The translations under genes and the position numbers were made by a program. From NCBI GenBank assembly GCA_963735035.1, contig CAVTJJ010000004.1, positions 1,120,001 to 1,184,000 on the forward strand: DNA of 64,000 nt. Direction: 5' to 3'. Below the pieces are notes generated by a model. That model was not told the DNA's origin and made no database searches. It saw only the letters and a list, made by a program, of their open reading frames with translations. Shown in pieces: positions 29,070 to 37,985 of the stretch; positions within the stretch are counted from its first letter, which is position 1, and each line of letters begins with the position of its first letter. Source of the stretch: an uncultured candidate division Zixibacteria bacterium (GTDB lineage: Bacteria > Zixibacteria > MSB-5A5 > GN15 > FEB-12).

Positions 29070-30080
29070 ATGTTAACGCAACCAGGTCGGACATTCCGAC
29101 GCCTTCGATCCGGGCATGGGTCAGCAATGATCCTGTCCTTGTTACTCGCAGCCTTGGTTGTTTCCCTGACGCCCGCGGGTGTTTACGCTCAGGCGAAGGT
29201 CGGCACGACCGGAGCTCAGTTCCTGGAACTGGGTGTCTCGGCACGATCTATGGGAATGGCGGACGCTTTTGCGGCCGTGGCTAGCGACGTGTCGGCGGTG
29301 TATTACAACCCGGCCGGACTGACGTCGCTGCTGGGAACAGAGGTGATGGCAACTTACATTGATATGCCGGCCGATGTTCAGTACGGCTTTGCGGGCGTCG
29401 GTTTTCCGCTCGAATCCGTAGGCGGTGTGTTGGGTGTGGGAATATATGCCCTTACATCGGGCTCGATGATAGAGCGTACCTACGAGAGCGGCGTGGACTA
29501 TCCCGCCGAGGGAAAATTAGGCACCGGTCGGACGTTCGCCTGGAACGACCTGGCAGTCTCGGTCGGATATGGACGGTATCTCACCGACCGTTTCTCGCTC
29601 GGCTTCACGGTCAGGTACATCGGTGAATACGTGCATGACTATACGGCCAGCAGTTGGTCGGCCGATGTCGGTACCTGTTACAACACCGGTTATCACAATT
29701 TCAAGCTCGCTATGGCGATCACCAATTTCGGACCTGACTTGAAATTCATCGAGAAGCCTGCGCCTCTGCCGATCAATTTCAAGTTCGGCGGTTCGATCAA
29801 TGTCATCGACGGCACCAACCATGTGTTGACACTCGTTGCCGAGGGTTCGCACCCATCCGACAACCTGGAGAAGTACAACGCCGGTATGGAGTATCTCTTC
29901 ATGGACCGGTTTGCACTGCGCGCCGGGAGCCGGTTCAACTATGACGTTGACGGCTTGACCTTTGGCGCCGGGCTGCGCTTGCCGTACGGCGAGGACGGAC
30001 AGATCACTTTCGATTATGCCTATCAGGATTTCGGCATACTCACTGAAGTGCACCGATTCTCGATCGGTTTTGCATTTTGA
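29070..30080 (+). CDS. PorV/PorQ-family outer-membrane beta-barrel
   Basis: KVGTTGAQFL..GVSARSMGM...YYNPAG, DYAY and terminal FAF. Confidence 0.85.
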   Translation: MLTQPGRTFRRLRSGHGSAMILSLLLAALVVSLTPAGVYAQAKVGTTGAQFLELGVSARSMGMADAFAAVASDVSAVYYNPAGLTSLLGTEVMATYIDMPADVQYGFAGVGFPLESVGGVLGVGIYALTSGSMIERTYESGVDYPAEGKLGTGRTFAWNDLAVSVGYGRYLTDRFSLGFTVRYIGEYVHDYTASSWSADVGTCYNTGYHNFKLAMAITNFGPDLKFIEKPAPLPINFKFGGSINVIDGTNHVLTLVAEGSHPSDNLEKYNAGMEYLFMDRFALRAGSRFNYDVDGLTFGAGLRLPYGEDGQITFDYAYQDFGILTEVHRFSIGFAF

Positions 30081-30098
30081 TAGGCTAAAGGCGGAAAC

Positions 30099-32423
30099 AT
30101 GAAAACATCGAAATTAATCATTATAGTTCTGGCGCTCGGCGCTCTGGCGTTGTCGGCTCTCTGGATTGGCGGTTGCGCCAAGAAACTGGAGGGTACCGCC
30201 TATGAAAACGAGAAACCGATCGTATGGTTCGTGAACGTTCCTCCGGAAGGTGCCCGTTCGTCGGTAAATCCGATCATCAACTGGTATGGGCAGGATCGCG
30301 ACGGACAGATCAATTTCTTCCGGTATATCGTTATCCGGGAGTCCGACTTGGGTGTCACGCTGGGAAAACCTTCGGATTGGAATCCACTCTCCGAGCCGCT
30401 CAGCGAGACTGAGATGCAGACTTTCGTCAATGATCACTTGGCGAATATTTCGGACACTCTCTGGACTCGTCTTCTGGTGCGGGCCGATTCGGTCGATCCG
30501 CACACGAGCAACATCATTCCGATGTCGGCTCAAATCGACAATCCGGTACTTACTTTTGTGCCGCAGTTTGTTTTCGTGCAGGCTTTCGATGAGAAAGGGC
30601 TTGGCTCTGATATCGTCTACCGTCGCTTCCTGCGCAATGACAATCCTCCGGCGACCCGTATCGTTGGCTTCATTGACGGTGTAGCGTTCATTAATGCCGC
30701 CGTTCCAACCGGCCCGGCGACGGGAGTTCGCATAAGATGGTCGGGCAGTGATGTAATCGACTATCCCTCTGAAGCACCGCCATTTGAATTCGAGTGGAAA
30801 TTGTTCGGACCGTACACTCAGGCGCAATACGACCACATACTTGACTTTTCCATGCGCGGGCCTTTCTTGAAGAAAGTGTTTGTGACAAACGATGCCCGGG
30901 TGTTCAAGTTCTACGAACCGGCTGTCACCATAACTGATACTATCTGGAATACTGAGCACACGGCCGAAGATTCGATCATTACGTACTTGCAGGGGACTAT
31001 ACTGGTCGTTTGTGACACTACGTTCTCGGGCGGTATCGAGACGGAGCACTGCGACACGATTCTCATCGATACTGTACCCGGTAGCAACATTTACGGCAAT
31101 GTCGATACCCTGCTTCAAGTGTGGGATGAAGTTTTTGACACGAGTTCTTACTATATCGTAGCGGACAGTTCTCACGACGAGTTCGGCAACAACTGGACGA
31201 CCGAGTTGAGTGACTCCATATATGACGTATACAAGGATCACCCCGCCGATACGACTCAGGCCGGCAAGTACATCTTTGTTATCCGCAGTCGCGACGATGC
31301 CAAGGTGCCGGATTTGACCCCCGCTTTCAAGGGGTTTACGGTCATTAATCCCCAGCATGAGCGGGATATCTTGGTTGTTGACTGGCTGCCGACGGGTGTC
31401 GAAAACAGAGCCAAGTATAACTCATCAAAGGGCTATTGGAATGCGGCTATTGCGAATTGGATGAGCGTCGATTCAGTCCCGATAGTATATTCTGCCGCGA
31501 TCGATTACCACCACATTGGAGACTACAATAACTACCCCGAAGAAATATTGATTGGCCTCCTGAAACATAAGGTTGCAGTCATGATTCAGGACGGCGCCGG
31601 AGGCGGTACTTGGGGTGCTCAGGGACCAATGACCAGATCGGTGTACACTGCTCTACAGTCTGGCGTGAATATCTGGGTTGCTATGCGTGTGCCTCTTGGG
31701 AATTATGCTTGGAATTCGCCTCGTGCTACTGACATTGCCAACGGCGATTACCAGTACTTCTTCGGAGTGCAGCAAATTGCTTTCCCCGGCTGGGGCAGCT
31801 ACTTGTTGGGAACTCCTCTGGGGGTCCCGCGTGTTGAAGATTTTGTTGGGGCGCTGTCGCTTGACAAGGACCAATGGCCTGATCTGTCGGTAGATACAAC
31901 TCTGCTTAGAATTCGCTATGTGTGGGAACCTGATTCTTCTACTACTGGAATTCTTTCAGGGTGGGGAGACGCCACTCTCTTCCCGTGCTATCCATACAGA
32001 GATATTAATGACGCCTTCGCATTTCTTGGCGCCATACCACAGGTAGGTTGGTGCGTGCGCTCCTACGACACCGAATGTATGTATCTTTTCAAGTCGCTGT
32101 ACGGCAATGAGCACGCTATTGTCCGTGATCTTAGCTACCATGGCCGTCCGGTCGGAATTAGGCTAGATCGTGGGTTGTTCAGGACGGTGCATTTCATGTT
32201 CACGCCGTCTGCTCTCGAGGCATCCACCGCCTACCCTATGACGAGGAGCGTATTGAACTGGTTGTACGAAGGCCGCAATCAGGGCTTGGCTCTGGCTAAG
32301 GGGGACGGCTCCAGTGATGATACCAAATTGGCCGCAGATCTCAGCAGCCGGTACTGGAAAGCCTATTGGGAGGCCAATGGCGACAAAGACAAGTTTTACG
32401 AGTTGCTGAAGAACGCGTACTAA
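30099..32423 (+). CDS. Large hypothetical lipoprotein
   Basis: Lipobox IGG-C, beta-rich Ig/Fn3-like segments (W.G.D.DG.I..F.Y), and a C-terminal alpha/beta domain starting ILVVD. Confidence 0.7.
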   Translation: MKTSKLIIIVLALGALALSALWIGGCAKKLEGTAYENEKPIVWFVNVPPEGARSSVNPIINWYGQDRDGQINFFRYIVIRESDLGVTLGKPSDWNPLSEPLSETEMQTFVNDHLANISDTLWTRLLVRADSVDPHTSNIIPMSAQIDNPVLTFVPQFVFVQAFDEKGLGSDIVYRRFLRNDNPPATRIVGFIDGVAFINAAVPTGPATGVRIRWSGSDVIDYPSEAPPFEFEWKLFGPYTQAQYDHILDFSMRGPFLKKVFVTNDARVFKFYEPAVTITDTIWNTEHTAEDSIITYLQGTILVVCDTTFSGGIETEHCDTILIDTVPGSNIYGNVDTLLQVWDEVFDTSSYYIVADSSHDEFGNNWTTELSDSIYDVYKDHPADTTQAGKYIFVIRSRDDAKVPDLTPAFKGFTVINPQHERDILVVDWLPTGVENRAKYNSSKGYWNAAIANWMSVDSVPIVYSAAIDYHHIGDYNNYPEEILIGLLKHKVAVMIQDGAGGGTWGAQGPMTRSVYTALQSGVNIWVAMRVPLGNYAWNSPRATDIANGDYQYFFGVQQIAFPGWGSYLLGTPLGVPRVEDFVGALSLDKDQWPDLSVDTTLLRIRYVWEPDSSTTGILSGWGDATLFPCYPYRDINDAFAFLGAIPQVGWCVRSYDTECMYLFKSLYGNEHAIVRDLSYHGRPVGIRLDRGLFRTVHFMFTPSALEASTAYPMTRSVLNWLYEGRNQGLALAKGDGSSDDTKLAADLSSRYWKAYWEANGDKDKFYELLKNAY

Positions 32424-32447
32424 CTTGTATCGAAATGGAATTACCCG

Positions 32448-32478
32448 AAGGGGCCGAGAAATCGGCCCCTTTTTCTTT
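32448..32478. terminator. Intrinsic terminator between convergent genes
   Basis: AAGGGGCCGA-GAAA-TCGGCCCCTT followed by a T tract. Confidence 0.85.
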
Positions 32479-32505
32479 ATACGATGACAATGGAATTGAA
32501 CGCTG

Positions 32506-34696
32506 TCAATGTACCTGCGTGGCCTGACGCACCATCGGATCATCGGGGAACCGGCGACGTGCTTCAGCAAGCACCGAGTCGGCTTCAGCTATTCGACCCT
32601 CTGACATATAACCTGCGCGCAGATTGATATATGCTCCGACCAGCACGCTGTCGGCAGATATCGCTCTTTGGGAATAAGTGACCGCCTCGGGCAGTCTCTC
32701 CAACCTCGCATAGCAATAGCCCAGAAGGTAGTAGCTGGTGCCGCGAAGGCGTTCCATATCGACACGCCGGTGAGCGAAAGCGGGGCCGAAAGCGTCGTCG
32801 TCAGTCTCGATGTCCGGCGCGCGTGCGGTAAGCGTACGCTGCAGAAGGGGTAGGGCTGCTTCCGGCTTGCCCTGGTTAATCAGCAGAGAGCCGCCCTCGT
32901 TGAGCACCGTGAGATCGTCGTCAGTAGCGATTGCTGCTTCTTCGACCGCGGTTATCAGCCGGCTGTCATCTACCGAAGGATCACGACCAAGAGCCCGCAG
33001 CCTTACGAGATTGGAGAGAACGTCGTAAGGGGCGATCTGCAGGCTTGTCTCGGCCAGCTCGACGGCTCGTTCGAAATCTTGCCGCACCAGGGCAATCGAC
33101 GCCAAATTCTGGTAAGCCTTGTAGCGTTGCGGGTGGAGCTGGATTTCTTTCTCGAAGCACAATTGCGCCGAATCTACCAGGCCGAGGCGCAGGTAGGCGG
33201 AGCCTCGGTTCAGGTTGACTTCGGGAAACTGTGGCTGGGCTTCGGCCGCTCGCGCGAAGACGAGCTCGGCCTCACGCCATTGACCCCTGGCGTACAAGAG
33301 CAGCCCCTGTGATGTCAGCCCCTGCACCGACAGACTCTGCGGGTAGGCAACCGGGGGTTTGAAACAGAGCACTCCTACGGCCACAACCAGAATTACCGCA
33401 CCGAGCAACATCCGGGGTTTCTTTCGGGACTCATGGACGAGCCACAAGACGCCTCCGGCGGCCATCACACAGAACCAGGGCATCAATGGCAGGCGGAAGC
33501 GACTATTCACGAAGAACAGGGCTATCCCGAGCATGAAGACGGCCACTACGATTGCTATGAACCGGGCTCCCGGTTCACGCTTCCAGAGCGCCACAAAGCC
33601 CAACAGCGCCAGGGGGAATATCAGTCCGAACACGAACGGATTATATCCAAGAACTGCGAACGAGGCAAAATGCGTATCCAGTGATCGTTCGTTTGGCACC
33701 TCGCGGTCTGCTATCAGATAGATCAGTTTCCTGGCGTAGAGACGGGCAAAGTCGCCGGGGTGGGCCCGGATCCAGTCGACGGCACGTTCCTGCCAGTATT
33801 GGGATACTTCTCCCGGCTTCAAGTTCCGCCCGAAAGCGGTCTCGGCGATGTGAGTGATCTGTCGAATCTGCCAATTGTGTCCGAGCGGTTCCGGCATGAC
33901 CGCAGAGAGACCGTCGGCAGGTCTCATTGTTTCCGATGTAGAGATTTATCCCTCCCTGTGAGGCTATCATAACCGGATCACCTGCGACGATCAGATTGCG
34001 GATGAAGATCGGCCCCACACACACTGCCATACCGGTTGCGAAGATGGCCACGCCGGTCAGCCTCGATCTCAGCCGTAGCGTTGGCGCATACTTGCGACGA
34101 GTCAATACAATCCAGGCCATCGCCACGGCAGCCACCACTAATGCCGTTGGGCGACAGATCGATGCCAGCCCGAACGCCAGACCGGCCCAGAACAAGTCGA
34201 CTTGCTTCTTACCGTCCATCCAGATCAGAAAGCGCCATATAGCCAGTTGAAGCAGCAGCGTGAACAGGGGATCGAGCAGCAGTTCCAACTCGAAGTAAAT
34301 GGCTATGGGCAAAAGCGCGTGTAGGGTCGACGCAATCAACGCTCCGGTCCGTCCCAGGAGTCTCTTGCTGATTACGTACGTCATCGTCACGGACGCCAGA
34401 CCGACACACAGTCCAAAGAGTCTTCCCACCCAGAGTGATGAGCCCAGAACTGCATAGAGCAGGCCCAGGCAGTAGACGTACAGAGGCGCTCGGAAGTAAG
34501 TTGTGTCACCCAGGACATTGCCATCGGCCAGCGATTGTGCCCAATGATGGTGATACCAGTTGTCGACGGTTAGCTGTTCCCAGGCGGGGGAGTCGTTGTA
34601 CTGGGATAGATAGATCAGGCGTAGGATCAGCGCCGGCAGCAACACTGCCAGAAACCAAAGATCCGATTTTGACATTCTCTCGCGACTGTCGGCCAT
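32506..34696 (-). CDS. GT-C fold (GT39/ArnT-PMT-like) glycosyltransferase with C-terminal TPRs (+1 shift near 33920)
   Basis: Multi-TM protein with D..YH.WA, PLY.Y.L, GLA...RP, GG.NLYIGNN and RFRLP motifs. The TPR C-terminus lies in ORF 32506-33927. Confidence 0.8.
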
Positions 34697-34926
34697 CGTC
34701 CGGAATATAGATTCGGGACAGTCGGACCCATCGCAAAAACTTTGCACTACGGCAAAATGGCGACGTAGGCCTGCTGTCCACTTGCACATGGGCGCAATCT
34801 GACATCGCCTTGCCAATGCCAGTCATGCAGTGATCGACTATCGTAACAACAAGAATAATAACGACTTGTGCGGACGGGTTGAATTGCCGGTGCACTCCAT
34901 TGCGCAGGCGGTCATATCCGGCGGGG

Positions 34927-34942
34927 CGGCACCTTCTTTGCA
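34927..34942 (+). promoter_or_regulatory. Sigma54 (-24/-12) promoter of the S8 peptidase
   Basis: CGGCAC-CTTCT-TTGCA, with exact GG-N10-GC spacing, 35 nt upstream of the ATG. Confidence 0.65.
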
Positions 34943-34976
34943 GGGAGGGGGTACGGAGAACGCAAAAGGAGTCCGT

Positions 34977-37883
34977 ATGAAATTTCTAGACAGCCCGCAG
35001 ATTTCAATCTCGACCATCATTATAGCTTTCGGGCTGAGTCTGTCCGCGCCGCCGGGGAGCGCTAGCGCGATCTCGCGGCCGGACTGGCTGGATAAGCCGG
35101 AGTTTGTCGGTAATGGCTCCGTGCAGGTCATGGTGTTTCTGGACAACGAGACCATCTCCAATCAAGTTCGTGCGGCGGCCTCACCCAATATGACTCGTAG
35201 TTCGCGCCTCCAGTCAGTCAGCGCCCGTCTCAAAGCTTATCGCGCGACCGGCGACAGCGCAGTGGAGAATTTCCTCAACGCCCATTCTCAGAGCAAGATA
35301 GAGCGGTTCTGGATCGTTCCGTCGTTCAAGGCGACTCTCAACAAAACCGACATAGAAACCCTTGCCGCCATGCCTGGCGTAAGCAGCGTGGTCCCGAATA
35401 TATCGATTGATGCCATCGAGCCGGTTGACACGAAAACGGCCGCACCGACAGCATCGTCCAGCTCGGCTCAAGTCCAGTTGATGAATATCCCTTACCTCTG
35501 GGCCCGCGGTATTACCGGAGCCGGTCGGTTGGTGTGTTCTTTTGATACCGGCGTGGAAGAGAGTCATCCGGCGCTGTCCGGCAACTGGCGTGGGAATCAT
35601 AGTTCCTTGTCGTCGGCCTGGTTCTCGACCAGTTCGCCGACTTCGCTTCCGGCCGACAAATCCGGTCACGGCAGCCACACCATGGGCACCATGGTAGGTA
35701 TAGAAGGTACCGATACGATAGGTGTAGCTCCCGGGGCTGAATGGATCACGGCCGGAGTGGTAGACCAGGGCAAATCGCTTACGTCAACTTTCGCCGATAT
35801 ACTTGCGGCTTTTCAATGGGCGCTCGATCCGGACGGCAATCCCGCTACTACCGATGATGTCCCCGATGTCATCCTCAATAGCTGGGGCGTGCCGGCGTCG
35901 CTGTTCGGTCCGTGCGACGCGACCTTCTTTGCCGCCATAGACAACGTTGAAGCCGCCGGCATCGTCTGCATCTTCTCCGCGGGCAACGAAGGTCCGGGCC
36001 CGTCCACGCTTCGCAATCCCGCTTCCCGTGCGACCACGCCGTTGAACGCTTTCTCAGTAGGCGCTGTCGACAACTCCAAGGTGATTGCCGGTTTTTCGTC
36101 GCGCGGTCCCGGTGGCTGTGGTCTCACAGAGATCAAACCGGAAGTCGTAGCTCCCGGTGTCAATGTGCGCTCGGTCAACAAAGACGGTGGCTACAAGACG
36201 ATGTCCGGAACGTCCATGGCCGCGCCGTTTATAGCCGGTCTGGTAGCACTGTGTCGGCAGTACAACCCCGACGCGACCGTCGACGAGATCAAATGGGCGA
36301 TAATCCACTCATGTCAGGACCTCGGCCCGGTCGGCGAAGACAACGCCTACGGCTACGGTTTGCCCGATGCTTCGGTCATTCTGGATTACCTCTCTACTCC
36401 CGATAATTCGCACTTCCAACTGGCCGGTTATTCTATCGCCGATGACGGCATAGCGCTCCCCGGCGAAACCTTCACGCTTCGTCTGACCCTGACCCGCACG
36501 AGCGGCCTGACCGAAAGTGTCAGTGGAATGCTCTCGGCCGCGAACCCGTCTCTGGTCTCCATACAGAATGATTCGGTCTGCTTCTTCTTCGGCCTGAACG
36601 GGACTACTTCGGTCGGGCTCGATGCTTTCAGCATTCATTACGATCCGACCCTCGTTCATGGTGACAGCGCCGCGATGACACTTCTTATTACCACGACCAA
36701 TGGTCAGGTGCTCGATACCCTGACTTTCGAACTGCCGATAGGATACAGCCCCAACGGAACGATAGGGGACGTTTCTGGCGGGTTGGCGAAACTGACGGTT
36801 TCTGACTTCGGACAATACGGCCTCGCTGCCGGTTCGATTTACAATCTCGGCGGCCTGGGCTTCCGCAGTGGCAACAGTTCCAACCTCCTCTATGAAGCTG
36901 GAATCGTCGTCGGACGCAGCTCGTTGCAGTTATCTACTTCGGTGCGCGCTCAGGACGGGAGCTTCACTCCTTCTGATTTCGCGCCGGTCTCGACGCTGTC
37001 CGATCCCTGGCAGGCCGATGACGGCGCCCAGTGTCGCACGGCCCGATTCAGTGATTTGTTTGCCGATGTGTCCATCCCCGTGGCCGTCACTCAGCAAGTG
37101 GCCGACTACTCGATGGTCGGTGACGATGGTATCGTCATCATACGTTATCACCTGGTGAACACTTCGCTGTCCAGTCTCAACGATCTGTACTTCGGCTTCC
37201 TGTCCGATTTCGATCTTCCGGGTGGATTCGAGACCGCTACTTACGATACGAGTCTGAATCTCTTGATGCAGACCGGTGGCAACGCCCCGTTGGTCGGTGT
37301 AGTGGGTCTGTCGCGATTGCCGGGGCATCAGACGCTGGCCAATGGCACCGCCAAGACCGGGTATACCAAGAGCCAGCTCTATGGCATGATTTCGTCCGGG
37401 GCCGTCTCCGATATGACGGGTTCGGGCGACCTGATGTCGCTTTTCACGGGTGGCCCTTATCGTCTGGTGCCGGGTGATTCGGTCGAAGTAGCTCTGGCGC
37501 TGGTGGTGGGCAATACGCCCGCGGAAATCCGCGATCGCGCCGCCAAAGCCGCAACTTTATATCAGCAGCCGACTGATGTCGAGAATCCTTCCGGTCTGCT
37601 TCCGGTCGCTTATGAATTGTATCAGAACTATCCCAATCCGTTCAACCCGACCACCACGATCGCGTTCGACCTGCCGGCTTCGGGTGACGTCACGCTGGAG
37701 GTCTTCAACCTCCTTGGTCAGCGTGTCAGAGGACTATCGGCCGGTCGAATGAATGCGGGCTCGTACTCGGTGGAATGGAATGGTTGTAACGACGACAGCC
37801 AGGGGGTAGCCTCGGGTGTTTACTTCTACCGATTGACGGTCGACGGGCTCAGCCGCACGAGGAAAATGGTCCTTTTGCAGTAG
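34977..37883 (+). CDS. Secreted S8 subtilase with T9SS-A/FlgD-type C-terminal domain
   Basis: Triad FDTG, GHGSHTMG, SGTSMAAP and oxyanion SAGNEG. CTD is QNYPNPFNP...SGVYFYRL...KMVLLQ. SD AAGGAG. Confidence 0.92.
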   Translation: MKFLDSPQISISTIIIAFGLSLSAPPGSASAISRPDWLDKPEFVGNGSVQVMVFLDNETISNQVRAAASPNMTRSSRLQSVSARLKAYRATGDSAVENFLNAHSQSKIERFWIVPSFKATLNKTDIETLAAMPGVSSVVPNISIDAIEPVDTKTAAPTASSSSAQVQLMNIPYLWARGITGAGRLVCSFDTGVEESHPALSGNWRGNHSSLSSAWFSTSSPTSLPADKSGHGSHTMGTMVGIEGTDTIGVAPGAEWITAGVVDQGKSLTSTFADILAAFQWALDPDGNPATTDDVPDVILNSWGVPASLFGPCDATFFAAIDNVEAAGIVCIFSAGNEGPGPSTLRNPASRATTPLNAFSVGAVDNSKVIAGFSSRGPGGCGLTEIKPEVVAPGVNVRSVNKDGGYKTMSGTSMAAPFIAGLVALCRQYNPDATVDEIKWAIIHSCQDLGPVGEDNAYGYGLPDASVILDYLSTPDNSHFQLAGYSIADDGIALPGETFTLRLTLTRTSGLTESVSGMLSAANPSLVSIQNDSVCFFFGLNGTTSVGLDAFSIHYDPTLVHGDSAAMTLLITTTNGQVLDTLTFELPIGYSPNGTIGDVSGGLAKLTVSDFGQYGLAAGSIYNLGGLGFRSGNSSNLLYEAGIVVGRSSLQLSTSVRAQDGSFTPSDFAPVSTLSDPWQADDGAQCRTARFSDLFADVSIPVAVTQQVADYSMVGDDGIVIIRYHLVNTSLSSLNDLYFGFLSDFDLPGGFETATYDTSLNLLMQTGGNAPLVGVVGLSRLPGHQTLANGTAKTGYTKSQLYGMISSGAVSDMTGSGDLMSLFTGGPYRLVPGDSVEVALALVVGNTPAEIRDRAAKAATLYQQPTDVENPSGLLPVAYELYQNYPNPFNPTTTIAFDLPASGDVTLEVFNLLGQRVRGLSAGRMNAGSYSVEWNGCNDDSQGVASGVYFYRLTVDGLSRTRKMVLLQ

Positions 37884-37985
37884 GGCTTCCGGGCTTATAT
37901 TAGTTGGTGAAATATTTTGTCACTTACGTCGTCTGCAGACGTTAATAGGAGTAGTCGGATAACCTCCTCAGGTAAGGAACAACTG

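Noticed and set aside
30114..31358. 414-aa minus-strand ORF (and similar long antisense ORFs at 5651, 21851, 41680, 59701)
   Set aside because: Each lies wholly opposite a well-supported gene and has no recognisable motifs.
34830..34976. Upstream GTG start for the S8 peptidase
   Set aside because: This region holds the promoter. The SD AAGGAG and the signal peptide start at ATG 34977.
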